From: Chiloscyllium plagiosum
Lineage: Eukaryota
Direction: 5' to 3'
DNA length: 64,000 nt
NCBI RefSeq assembly: GCF_004010195.1
Contig: NC_057749.1
Coordinates: 8,903,787 to 8,967,786, forward strand
Positions 1 to 12,710 of this stretch are shown one piece after another. Position numbers and translations under genes: made by a program. A model generated the notes under the pieces. That model saw only the letters and a list, made by a program, of their open reading frames with translations. It searched no databases and was not told the origin of the DNA. Position 1 is the stretch's first letter, and each line of letters opens with the position of its first letter.

Positions 1-401
1 GGGGAGACTTAATAGAGACTTACAAAATAATACATGGCTTGGAAAAGGTGGATGCTAGGAAATTGTTTCCGTTAAACGCGGAGACTAGGACCCGTGGACA
101 CAGCCTTAGAATTAGAGGGGGTCATTTCAGAACAGAAATGCGGAGGCATTTCTTCAGCCAGAGAGTGGTGGGCCTGTGGAATTCATTGCCACGGAGTGCA
201 GTGGAAGCTGGGATGCTAAATGTCTTCAAGGCCGAGATTGATAGATTCTTGTTGTCTCGAGGAATTAAGGGCTATGGGGAGAACGCTGGTAAGTGGAGCT
301 GAAATGCGCATCAGCCATGATTGAATGGCGGAGTGGACTTGATGGGCCGAATGGCCTTACTTCCACTCCTATGTCTTATGGTCTTATGTCTTATGGTCTT
401 A
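1..401 (+). mobile_element. CR1-clade LINE 3' end
   Basis: ORF2 tail TRGHSLRI...RRHFFSQRVVGLWNSLP...FKAEID then a (TCTTATGG)-type tail. Confidence 0.9.
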
Positions 402-1141
402 TCAGCGAAGATGTTCTCCAAGTCTGGGGCACCCCCGCCTGAAGCAGACACAGTGAGGTGGAATATTGCAACGTTAAATTTGTAAGAGTTTGAGTAATAT
501 CTCCCAGCTTTGCTGAGCCCAAGGATCTGATGTGAAATGAATATGAGGGTGCCATGCCCTTATTTGGCAAAAATTCACAACTTGCCTCGATAAGGGGAAG
601 TGGAAACGCTGCATTGGTACAGAAGTGAGTTTTCACAGAGGTTCAGCTTATGAGACTTTGTTAGGACAGAAAACAGGAAGTTCAGTCTTGTCTTCCCAGC
701 ACACGGACAGAGTACATGGCGCAACAGGTCCATGCCTGGTTTCATCGCACATTTTTAGAGAAGAGATCCAAATGCGCAAAATCTGTCTTGAGGCGACACT
801 TCACTTCAGGATTCTTATAATGATCGATTCATCAGAGAGCTGGTTGAGAGTTTCATACATCGCCACATACATTCACACACACATAAAACATACACTGACA
901 GGCATGCACGCACATGGACATTTATAAATATACAAGCAGGCCAGCTCTATATGTACACAAGTGTACGCATGTACATTAGTATGTGTGTATATTTAGTCCA
1001 ACAGGCTTATTTGGAAGCTCTAGCTTTCGGAGCACTGCTCCTTCATCAGCTACCTGAGAGAGTGGCCCCCCAGTCCTCTGGGACGATGGTGACTTCACAG
1101 TCAAAGCATCCACTGAGAGTCCTCAGTGTCACTTTGCTATT

Positions 1142-1508
1142 AGAATCATAGAGATGTACATCATGGAAAGAGACCCTTCGGTCCAACTCGTCCATGCCGA
1201 CCAGATATCCCAACCCGATCTAGTCTCACCTGCCAGCACCCGGCCCATATCCCTCCAAACCCTTCCTATTCATATACCCATCCAAATGCCTCTTAAATGT
1301 TGCAGTTGTACCAGCCTCCACCACTTCCTCTGACAGCTCATTCCATACCCGTACCACCCTCTGTGTGAAAAAGTTGCCCCTTAGGTCTCTTTTATACCTT
1401 TTCCCTCTCACCCTAAACTTATGCCCTCTAGTTTTGGACTCCCCGACCCCAAGGAAAAGACTTTGCCTATTTACCCTATCCATGCCCCTCATAATTTTGT
1501 AAACCTCC
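1142..1508 (-). mobile_element. CR1/HER1-type LINE 3' end
   Basis: YKIMRG...TRGHKFRVRG...FFTQRVVRVWNEL...FKRHLD on the minus strand. Confidence 0.9.
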
Positions 1509-1957
1509 TGGTGTTCTTCACAGTTCAGCCTTCTTCGGAGAGTGGATATGAGAGTGTGGTGCTGGAAAAGCACAGCAGGTCAGACAGCATCCGAGGAGGA
1601 GAGAATCAACATCTCGGGCATAAGCCCTTCATCAGGACCAGGGCTCCAATCTCCAGCATCTGCAGTCCTCATTTTCTCCCTGTGTGTATATTTATAAATA
1701 TATTACACACACCTATGCACGGACACGCATCCACTCACACACACATACGTATTTGATACACATGAGGAAACATCAGTAGTAAGTAATGATGCTCGTTCGA
1801 AGATCCAGGGCAGGTAGATGGGCCAAATAGCCTCCTTCTGTGTGCTGCGTGATTCCATGACATGCACACACACAAAGGGATTCATCCACTCATGTATACA
1901 ATGAGAAAAGCAACGATTATAATTGTAAAAGAGGCACAGAGAGGTTGTGAATAGTGG

Positions 1958-2371
1958 AAAGTTAAAAATCACACAACACCAGGTTATAGTCCAACAGGTT
2001 TAATTGGAAGCACACTAGTTTTCGGAGTGTCGCTCCTTCATCAGGTGTTAGTGGAGGGCTCAATCCTAACACACAGAATTTATAGCAAAAGTTTTGTGAT
2101 TTGCACATGAAGAAGTGAAACTATCACGGTATTCTAACAGATGAAAGGCTTAACAGACAATCAATTTTTCAATGTATAATTTCAGTTACATCACACTGTA
2201 AATTTTTGCTATAAATTCTGTGTGTTAGGATTGAGCCCTCCACTAACACCTGATGAAGGAGCGACGCTCCGAAAACTAGTGTGCTTCCAATTAAACCTGT
2301 TGGACTATAACCTGGTGTTGTGTGATTTTTAACTTTGTACACCCCAGTCCAACACCGGCATCTCCCGAATC
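1958..2371. mobile_element. Young foldback Penelope-like insertion with 12-bp target-site duplication
   Basis: Inverted arms 1958-2090 and 2204-2336 (133 bp, 1 mismatch), flanked by direct repeat GTGAATAGTGGA at 1947-1958 and 2372-2383. Confidence 0.8.
2246..2282 (+). ncRNA. Hammerhead motif, third PLE family (inverted twin at 2012-2048)
   Basis: ACAC-CTGATGA-A-GGAGC-gac-GCTCC-GAAA-ACTA-GTGT; related copies at 1021-1049 (-) and about 2660-2690 (+) carry the palindromic GAAAGCTA. Confidence 0.65.
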
Positions 2372-5300
2372 GTGAATAGTGGAGGCAACGTGGGTTAAAG
2401 TCAGGTGTGAACTGAAAACAGAAGCAGAAGAAACCGGTCAGTATCCTGAGGCAGGAACTGTGGTGCAACTCTCTCCCCTCAGAATGGTGCCAGTGAACCA
2501 GCATCCCTCTCCCTGACACTCTCACATCCACTCTCTGAAGAAGGCTGAACTGTGAGGAACAACAACAATAGCAGAGTGACATTGAGGACTCCCAGTGGAT
2601 GCTTTGACTGTGAAGTTACCATTGTCCTAGAGGACTGGGGGGGCTACCCTCTCAGGTAGCTGATGAAGGAGCAGCACTCTGAAAGCTAGTGCCTCCAAAT
2701 AAATCTGTTGGACTGCAACCTGGTGTTGTGTGATTTTTAACTTTGTCCACCCAAGTCCACAACTTTAGAGAGGGAGAGAGAGACAGACGACTGATGATGC
2801 TTTTACCTGAGGGTAAAAGTTGAAATGAAAATTCTTCATGGTAACATCAGCTGCGACGGGAATTGAATCCACACAAACCAACCGTCCAGCCGACTGAGTT
2901 AACTGACCCCTAACTCTGGCTATACTGTGCCAAGGGGCAGAGTGCCAATGTAAGGGAGAAAGATATCTTTGGAAGTCTCATTGCTCTCTTGTTTTAGAAG
3001 CCAGGTTTGCTTGAAGTTCAAGCCTGTCTTTATCGGTACCTTCACTGGTAAGGTTTGTCACTGTTATCTCTGATTTAATTACATCCAATCAGTACCTAAT
3101 TATTGAGTTTCTTTGTGCACCATAGAGCAATACAGCACGGTAAAGAAACATCTTATCTTTGTTGGTGACACTGTTTACACTGCATTAGAACATTACGGGT
3201 TTCAGGCCCAGGGTCCATGACTTGCCTGGCCAATCGAGTTACCTCAACCAGTAACCCCTATAAGAAAAAGACATTCGCTGACTTGAGTCTGGGCGATTTG
3301 CAGGGCAACTCTGGTTAGGTGACTGCTGGGAAATCTCATCATGTGACATCCTTCCTCCACACTTCTCTACCCCCCCAACACTCACTATTGGGCACTCAGT
3401 TTGGTGCGTTGGATTTGTACGGCCAATCTAAAAGTGACCGAACACTTGGATGATGCATACAATTGGGTGAAGCATCTCTGTCAGTCAAACTGCCTTTGAA
3501 ACTCATTAAAGGGACAGAAGGAGGCCATTGAACCCATTGAGATTATGCTGACTCTCTGCAGAGTCACCGAGTCAGTCCCATTGCCCCTATAGTATTTCAA
3601 GCTTCTTCTCTTGATCAATCATCCCATTCTCTTTTGAAATCCCTAAAAATCTCATTTAACCTCTCCACTTCTGTCTAACTTCTGAACAAAAGTAAATGAT
3701 TAAAAAAGGGAACACAGTTTTGTTCTATTGCCCAATGATTTTTCTCCTGCGTCTCTCCCAGCAGTTTCTTGGTTTTCATTTTCTGGGTAACTGTGGGTGG
3801 TTGATGACACTCAGTGCCTGAACTGGCGGCCACCCCCACTTCGAGGTAGTTCAGTTCTCAGAATTTTTTTAAGTGGAAGCTTTTCATTCGAGAAAACACA
3901 TTTGAGATGTGAAAATGTTGTGTGTGAGCAAGTCAACTTTTTGTTTTCGGTGCTGGAAATGCGGCTTCTGTGGTTTGCTTCATTGTGATATTTACACTAT
4001 TTCTTACTGCCCGTGTCCTTAATGACCTAATGTGACTGCCACTTCATTTCAGAAGTTTCAAGGAAGTTCTCCTGTGGTTGGAAGTCAATACAGTACCGCG
4101 CACTGATAACAACACTGAAAGACAGTGAAATCTTCAGCCTGGAATAAGGGGCGCTAAGACTAGGATCTGTGGTCCCATGATCAATGAGTCAAGCAACTAT
4201 GGAGATTTTGGGGACCTCAAATCTTGACATTTTATGTATTTCCTTCACTGTGTTTGAAAGACATGCAAAGTCACGGATTTCTGTCTTGCACCCATTAGAG
4301 CTGAAACCCAAGTATTTCAAGGGACTGGGGGTTCAACTGTGGTCGGCATGGAAACCTTAATTAACTGGTTAAACTGAAACCAGACCAGTCAACTCTGATT
4401 AGTCAGGGCATTTCCGTTGGGATTGGGAGTTTCCACATTGCTTTGTCCAGGTGGGCTTGATGCTACAGGGTTGGAATTAGATCTGCAATGTTTTGTGTTA
4501 AATAGCCCAGAGAATGCAGGGAGTGTGGCTTAGCTACTCAACTGTCAGAGGCATCGCCGATGAGCCAACATGTGCGTGTCCAACATTGCATCCCAAATAT
4601 CGCTGCAAACTTTCTTCATGTGCGTACAATGATTCAGTTTAAAAGATATTTGGATGGATACATGAAGAGGAAAGGTTTGGAGGCATATGGGTCAGGAGCA
4701 GGCAGGTGGAAGTAGTTTACTTTGGGATTGTGTTCGGCATGGACTGAAGGGTGCGTTTCCGTGCTATATGAAACAATGTGTCAGGCAATACCCTTTTCGA
4801 TGCTGACTGATGTTTTCAAACTACAACCTGAATACTTGAGCACACAACCCAGGCTGGTGTGGTATTGAGCAAAATGTGCACAGTTGGAAATGTCACCTTC
4901 TGCACAAGGTGTTAAACCGAGGCCCAGTCTGTCCTAGAAAGATCGAAAACAGGAGCAGGAGGAGGCCATTCGGCCCAACCAGCCTGCTCTCCATCCAACT
5001 CTGTTCCCGCTTTCTCCCCATGCTCTTTGATCCCTTTAGTCCGAAAGAACTAGACCTAACTCCTTCTCAAAAACATTGTATGTTTTGGCCTCAGCTGCTT
5101 TCTGTATTACACACCAAACCCCCAAGGTTAAAGAAGAGTCAGCTGGTCTCCCTAGTATTCTGAGCACTATTTTTCGTTTAACCACTTTGATTTGATTTGA
5201 TTTGATTATTATCAGATGAAGAGATGGAGTGAAAAGGATTATTTTGCATGCTATCCAGGCAAATTATGCCTTGTATAAGTACATCACAGTAATAGAGAAT

Positions 5301-7109
5301 GCAGAATATGGTGTTGTAGCTACAGAGTAAGATCCCACTACAGTCAGATTGTCCAACATCAAAATAATGCTGCTTCACAGAATCCCTACAGTGTGAAAGC
5401 AGGCCATTGAGGGCACACCAACCCTCTGAAGAGCATCCCACCCAGACCCACTGCCCTACCCTGTGCCTGTAACCCTATGGCTAACCCACATAGTCGGCAC
5501 GTCCCTGGACACTATGGGGCAATTTAACATGACCAATCCGCCTAACTTGCACATCTTTGGACTGTGGGAGGATACAGGACCAGCCGGAGGAAACTCCACA
5601 CAGACAGTCACCCGAGGCTGGAATCGAACCGGGTCTCTGGCGCTGTGAGACTGTGGTGCTAACCAGTGAGGCTCCGTGCTTGTGGGAGCCGACTGTGCAC
5701 AGCCACATTTCTGATAACTCAACAGTGACGGCACTTCAAAAACAATCCTTCAAAGCTCTTTGAGAGATCTTGAGTTTGTGAAAATTGTGGTGTAAATACA
5801 ATTCAAAGTTAGTCAATTATGGAGGCCACTCAGCCCATCATGGTGCTTTGAAGGAGCTATCCAATTAGGGCCCTTCCCCTTCCCCATTGTAGCCTTGAAG
5901 ATTTTGGTTTTGTCAGTGTTGACATTTTTTGTTATAGAATCCCTACAGGGAACAGGCCCTTCGGTCCAACAAGTCCACACCGACCCTCCGAAGGATAACC
6001 TACCCAGACCCATTCCCCTGCATTTAAACCCTGACTAATGCACCTAGCCTATGCACTATGGGCTATTTAGCATGGCCAATCTACCTAAGCTGCACATCTT
6101 TGGACTGTGGGAGGGAACCAGAGCACCCAGAGGAAACTCACACAGACGTGGGGAGAATGTACAAACTCGGCACAGACAGTCACCCGCGGCTGGAATCGAA
6201 CCCAGGTCCCTGGCGTTGTGAGGCAGCAGTGTTAACCACTGAGCCACCATGCCACCTTGTCTTTTGAAAGTTGCATTGGAACTCAAGGAATACTTCGACA
6301 TCATCAGGAACGAGCTCTTTCCTTCTATCCCTTTTTTGGGTATTGCTGGATGCACAATGCATTGCTTGTCTCCTCCCTGGTTAGTGCCACCTCCCCACCA
6401 AGCCCCTGGTAACGGATTTGGGTGGGATTCAATCACACTTTTCTCAATTCCAATGGAGTTACCACCACAGCAGCTTTCTCGGGAGCCCATGACAAAATAT
6501 TCGTGGAGCCTGACCAACCCTGGTTTATTTTGACACTGTCAATACGATTTGTATTCAAAATAATCACCAGGCAATTGAGTGTTCTGGAACTCTTGGGTTT
6601 CACTGTACATTAGCATTTTCCCGGTTTCATTTCCCGGCGTCTGTGTTGAAGGAGAGAGCAGAGGCGGTCTCCCGCTGAGAAAGAAAACACTGTGCTTCAT
6701 ACGGTCCCGCTTCCTCTGTTATAACTTGCACAATGTCGAATGCAAGGAGCAAGGAATTCAATCACCCCCGCCACCTCCCCAGCATTTGTAATGATATTCT
6801 GTGATCCCAGCAAGGGTTACTTACTTTAAACTCAATCCTGGACATGGTATGTGTGTGGTTCTGCAAAGTGAAGGATTTGATGGTGAAGGTTTCTCTCCCT
6901 CTAATGAGGACATTTACAACATTTTTATTACTCCTCCATGGGACATTGGTGTCATTCACTGGCGTGTCCCTTCTTGCCCTTGAGAAGGTTGTGGTGAGTT
7001 ACCTTCTTGGAATATGTTGGAATGTCATTGCAAAAAGAAGATGACTTTTTGTCTTATGCTCATCAGGACATTCGCAAGAATCATTTGAGATTTGGCACTC
7101 ATCCCAATG

Positions 7110-8440
7110 AGTGCAAGATGGCAGGGTCAATGCTGAGAGGATGCTCCCCTCATGGGAGATTCTCGGACCAGAGGACATGGTGTCAGAATTTCAGACTGCG
7201 ATGCAGAGGAATTTCTTCTCTCTGAGGGTTGAGAGTCTTTGGAACTCCTTGTCACAGAGAGCTGTGAGGGCAGAGTCCTTGTGTATATCTGAGGCTGAGG
7301 TAGATAGATTCTTCATCTGTCGCAGAATCAAGGATTAAAGAACAGGAAGGTGGATGTGAGGAATGTTGGATCAACCATGTTCGGCTGATCAACCTCGAAG
7401 GGCCAGATGGTCTACTTTGTTACCTATTTCTTACAGTCTTATCAAGGGTTATGGTTAGACAACGTCTAGACAAGTAGTTAAACAAGTAGCAAGAGATTGG
7501 CCAACCTGTTTCTTTTCTTGGCAATGTTCAAGTTCGATACTACCCAGCAGATGTTGGGATATTGAACAGGCTAATCTTAGCACGAGGGAAGCCATTTATA
7601 TGTAAATTCATTGACCCTGCTCTTCCCATTGGAGCGATACTGAAGAGGAGTGTGAACTGGGTATTCAACATGGTACTGCACTTCCCAGCTCCCCCTGTGC
7701 CCCTCAGGCCAGTCTGACATTATCTTTCATCTTCTACCTGCCCTTAGTCTCGTCTTGACTTTGGAATTTCCCAGAGTCATTTCCAACAAACCTTTGGAAG
7801 GAAAACACGATTGCGATGTGAATGGCCAGTTTGTATCCCACAGACAGGCAAGAAATAATGATTTCACAGCAGAAGGCTCTGGAAAATGTATAAAAGTTGA
7901 GACTTTATGTCGATGTTGTACAGGATGTTGGTGAGACCCTTGCTAGTGCACTGTGTGCAGTTCTGGTCGCTCTGTTATAGGAAGGATATTATTAAACTGG
8001 AGAGGATTCAGAAAAGATGTTGCTGGGAATGGAGGGTTTGAGCTATAAGGAGATTTGTTTCACTGGAGTGTAGGAGGTTGAGGAATGACCTTATAAAGGT
8101 TTGAAAAATCATGGGTGATATAGATAAGGTGAGTGACAGGTATCTTTTCCCTCAGATAGGGGATTTCAAGGCGAGGTAGTGCATTTTAAGGTGAGAGCAG
8201 AAAGATTGAGAAAAGACATGAAAGGCAACATTTTTTACACATGTGTGGAATGAACTTCCAGAGGAAGTGATGGATAGGAATACAGTTACAACCTTTAAAA
8301 GACATTTGAATAAATACATGAACAGGAAAGGTTTGGAGGGATATGGGCCAAGAGCAGGCAGGTGGGCCTAGTTTAGTTTGGGATGGTCATCGACAATGAC
8401 TGGTTGGACCGAAGTGTCTGTTTCCGTACTGTATGATTTT
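7110..8440 (+). mobile_element. Two decayed CR1 3' fragments (about 7110-7445 and 7880-8440)
   Basis: RNFFSLRVESLWNSL; CVQFWS...KDIIKLERIQ motifs. Confidence 0.75.
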
Positions 8441-9072
8441 ACAAATACTCCTCAGGTTAAGCAGAATCTGTGGAGAGAGAAAGACAGAATTAATGTTTCA
8501 CGTCAAATGTGACTCTTCTTCAGACCTCTTTTTGAAATGTTAATTCTGTTTCTGTCTGCCCAGGTGCCCATCTGACCTTGCATTTCAGCATTTTCTGTTT
8601 AAATTTCAGATTTCCAGCATTGGCCGAAGTTTGCATTCATTATACATTCATGCCAAGCTGTCCCATCTTTGGATGCCATTGGTTGTGAGTTCAACATTGA
8701 CCCAAGTTACCACATGAGGGCGAGGGAGAACACTCCTGTCCTTTATTGAAGTGGTGCGGTGGGGAGGGGATATTTTCTGTTGGTCGTGGCTCAGCTGTTG
8801 TCTCTAAGTCACTGGCTCCAAGTTCAAGTCCTGCTCAAAAGTTAAAGCTGATTGTCCCAATGCAGTACTCAATGAGAGCTGTACTGTCAGAAGTGCCATC
8901 TGTCTGAAAATGTTAAACTATATCCTGTCTGCTCTCTCAAACCTACCTAAGAGGTTTCAGGGCATTCATTCAGTGAAGAGCAGTCGGGTTACCTCTGTTT
9001 TCCTGGCCTGTGTTTGTACTTCAATCATTTCTCTTTAAAAAGTCCATTACTTTCTGCTTTGTGCGTGGGAAA

Positions 9073-10065
9073 TCATGTCTCACAAAACTTGATTGAGTTT
9101 TTTGAAGAAGTAACAAAGAAGATTGATGAGGGCAGAGCAGTAGATGTGATCCATATGGACTTCAGTAAGGCATTCGACAAGGTTCCCCATGGGAGACTGA
9201 TTAGCAAGATTAGATCTCATGGAATACAGGGAGAACTAGCCATTTGGATACAGAACTGGCTGAAAGGTAGAAGACAGAGGGTGGTGATGGAGGGTTGTTT
9301 TTCAGACTGGAGGCCTGTGACCAGTGGAGTGCCAGAAGGATCGGTGCTGGGCCCTCTACNNNNNNNNNNNNNNNNNNNNNNNNNNNNNNNNNNNNNNNNN
9401 NNNNNNNNNNNNNNNNNNNNNNNNNNNNNNNNNNNNNNNNNNNNNNNNNNNNNNNNNNNNNNNNNNNNNNNNNNNNNNNNNNNNNNNNNNNNNNNNNNNN
9501 NNNNNNNNNNNNNNNNNNNNNNNNNNNNNNNNNNNNNNNNNNNNNNNNNNNNNNNNNNNNNNNNNNNNNNNNNNNNNNNNNNNNNNNNNNNNNNNNNNNN
9601 NNNNNNNNNNNNNNNNNNNNNNNNNNNNNNNNNNNNNNNNNNNNNNNNNNNNNNNNNNNNNNNNNNNNNNNNNNNNNNNNNNNNNNNNNNNNNNNNNNNN
9701 NNNNNNNNNNNNNNNNNNNNNNNNNNNNNNNNNNNNNNNNNNNNNNNNTTCCCTGGGGTTGGGGAGTCTAGAACTAGAGGGCATAGGTTTAGGGTGAGAG
9801 GGGAAAGATATAAAAGAGACCTAAGAAGCAACTTTTTCACACAGAGGGTGGTACGTGTATGGAATGAGCTGCCAGAGGATGTGGTGGAGGCTGGTACAAT
9901 TGCAACATTTAAGAGGCGTTTGGATGGCTATATGAATAGGAAGGGTTTGGAGGGATATGGGCCGGGTGCTGGCAGGTGGGATGAGATTGGGTTGGGATAT
10001 CTGGTCGGCATGGACGGGTTGGACCGAAGGGTCTGTTTCCATGCTGTACATCTCTATGACTCTAC
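9073..10065 (+). mobile_element. Young CR1/HER1 LINE, RT to 3' end, spanning a gap
   Basis: NLIEFFEEVT...DFSKAFDKVPH...SGVPEGSVLGP RT motifs before the gap, ORF2 tail after it. Confidence 0.92.
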
Positions 10066-10649
10066 TTGATTTGAATTAGAACCCCTACAGTGTGGAAACA
10101 TGCCATTTGGCCCAACAAGCCCACACCAACCCTCTGAAGAGTAACCCACACAGACCCATTCCCCTACATCGATTACTAATGCACCTGGCCTACATATCCC
10201 TGAACACTATCAGTAATTTAACATGGTCAATCCACCCTAACCTACACATCTTTGGATTGTGGGAGGAAACCGGAGCACCCAGAGGAATCCCACGCAGACA
10301 CAGAGAGAATGTGCAAACTCCACACAGACAGTCGCCCAAGGATGGAATCGAACCCAGGTCCCTGGCGCTGTGAGGCAGCAGTGCTAACCACTGAGCCACC
10401 ATGCCATTTGCTTTCTGCATATATTGGCTGCTGTGTTTCCCACTTTACAACAGTGACTGAACTTCAGAATAAAGATGGAGTTGGCTATCAGTGGTCTGCT
10501 GAAAAATCGCACAACAAGAGCAAGTTTGTGTTGATTTGTCTGAGGGACTAGGCAGGGCCATGGGTGAGCATGTCATCTGTAAGACCATAGTTTGTAACAA
10601 CACAGCAATCCCTCAGTCCTACACTGGGTATCTGAAACATAGGGTCACA

Positions 10650-11200
10650 CAATCCTGCAGCACGAAAACAGACCCTTCGATCCAACTCAGCTGCAGCAAC
10701 CAGACATTCCAATCTCACCTCGTCCCCATTTCTCAGCATTTGGCCCAGATCCCTCTAAACCCTTCCTATTCATGTACCCATCCAGATGCCTCTTAAATGT
10801 TGTAATTTATCAGCCTCCACCACTTCCTCTTGCAGCTCATTCCACACGTGCACCACCCAATGTGTGAAAAAATTACCCCATAGGGCCTTTTAAAATCTTT
10901 ACCCTCTCACCTTAAACCTATCCCTCTAGTTTTGGACTCCCCTATCCTGGGGGTAAGACTTTGGCTACTCACCCTATCATGCCCCTCGATTTTATAAGCC
11001 TCTGTGGAGTCATCCCTCACCCTCTGATGCTCCAGAGGAAGAAGTGCCAGCCTATCCAACCTCTCCATAAAGCTCAGACCTTCTAGTCCCGGTAACATCC
11101 TTGCAAATCTTCTCTGTGCCTATTCCAGTTTAATAACATCCTTCCTGTAGCAGAGTGACCAGAATTGTATGCAGTACTCCAAATCTTTTCTGAACTCTTT
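10650..11200 (-). mobile_element. CR1 3' fragment
   Basis: MLPGLEGLSF.ERL...; homologous to other copies. More minus fragments at about 11900-12200 and 13860-14130. Confidence 0.8.
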
Positions 11201-12204
11201 TAAGTTTAACAACATGCTCTGAAGTGGGAATTGAGAGTGCTACTCTGACTTCACTGGAACAGCTCCAAAAGATTAACATCTTCAACCCATCCACATTATT
11301 TAGCATTTATTCTGCACTAATAAAACCCTATCGATTTCAACCTCCCTTATTGTAACAGGGCATGGATTTATAGGCGGCATAGGTCAAAGTTCAAGGCACC
11401 AGGCTGTTTAACTGAGGACAGACTGTCATTTGTAGTTTTGGAGGATGCAGAGCTGGTGTTGTCAGCATCACTGCACAGTTATCTGCACGATAAACCGGTG
11501 TTAATATTTAATCAGAGGCAGCATTTATCTGACAGTATTGTGGAGCTCCTTTGGGCTCACTCACCTGTGTAACAACAGTCAGATTGGTTGCTTCAAGTGA
11601 AAATTCTTGAGAAAGCATTTCAGCACAGGAAGGGCTCTATCTGTACAAATGTTTGTTCAGTTCCGACACTGGAACACGGTGGAAAGTTAGGTCAGTCGAT
11701 CTGAAATCCAGCCCCGATTTACCGAGCTCAGCTCTATTTAAACAGCTGCTCAGTGACAATAGCCTGCGCTTATTCAACAGCATGAACAGAGTAACTCAGT
11801 CTTTCCCAAACTGTTTCCCACTGTCACCCCTCTGCCAAACTTGAAAATTGCTGAGACTCAATCAGTGAAAGGTAGAGGAATGGCAATGTGGGGTTGAGAG
11901 TCATAGAGGTCTACAGCCCAGACAAACGTTCTTCAGCCCATTACTGATCAACAACAATGCCCTCTCTGTTCTAACCCCATTCCCCAGCACCTAGCCCATA
12001 GCCTTGTATACCTTGGCATCTAAAGCACCTACCTAAATATTCCTGAATGTTTCTGCCTCTCCCACCCTTACAGGAAGCGAGTTCCAGATTCCCACCACCC
12101 TCTGGGGGGAAAAGTTCTTCCTCACCTCCCCCTCTAAACCCCCAGCCCCTTCCCTTAAATCTATGTCCCTCGGGCATTGATCCCTCAGTCAAGGGGAAAA
12201 GGTG

Positions 12205-12710
12205 CACAGCATTTCAACTCCCCCTCCCACTCCACCGAGGATATGCAGGTCATTGGACTCATCCACCGCCAAACCACAACAACCCGACGGTCGGAGGAGG
12301 AGCGTCTTATCTTCCGACTGGGAACCCTCCAACCGCAGGGGATGAACTTGGACTTCACCAGTTTCTTCATCCCCCCTCCCCCCACCTTGTCTCAGCCGGA
12401 TCCCTCCAGCCCGGCACCGCCTTCCTGACCTGCAGTCTTCTTCTTGACCTCTCCGCCTCCATCCTACTCCGACCTATCACCCTCACCTTGACCTCTTTCC
12501 ACCTATCACATTTCCAACGCCCCTCCTCCAAGTCCCTCCTCCCTACCTTTTATCTTCTCCTGCTGAACACTCTCTGCTCATTCCTGAAGAAGGGCCTGTG
12601 CCCGAAACGTCGAATCTCCTGTTCCCTGGATGCTGCCTGACCTGCTGTGCTGTTCCAGCAATAAAGTTTCAACTTTGATCTCCAGCATCTGCAGACCTCA
12701 CTTTCTCTCC
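12205..12710 (+). mobile_element. Penelope-like element 3' end: GIY-YIG endonuclease C-terminus plus pseudo-LTR
   Basis: AQHFNSPSHS...RRSEEERLIFRLGTLQPQGMNLDF matches the PLE endonuclease tail pattern (HF..H...R...E...I..L.T..P.G.N), followed by a C-rich tract and the repeat end seen in many other copies here. Confidence 0.85.
12580..12615 (+). ncRNA. Minimal type I hammerhead ribozyme motif in PLE pseudo-LTR
   Basis: ATTC-CTGAAGA-A-GGGC-ctgt-GCCC-GAAA-CGTC-GAAT: stem I ATTC/GAAT, CUGANGA box, stem II, GAAA box, GUC cleavage triplet, palindromic ACGT stem III. Confidence 0.8.

Noticed and set aside
1600..1636. Additional active hammerheads (also about 17059, 35995, 41745, 55515, 63155)
   Set aside because: Catalytic boxes or stem II are mutated; counted only as decayed family members.
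6180..6362. RRKELVPDDVEVF resembling the missing ARID exon
   Set aside because: Wrong strand, weak similarity, overlaps a SINE, no matching splice sites.
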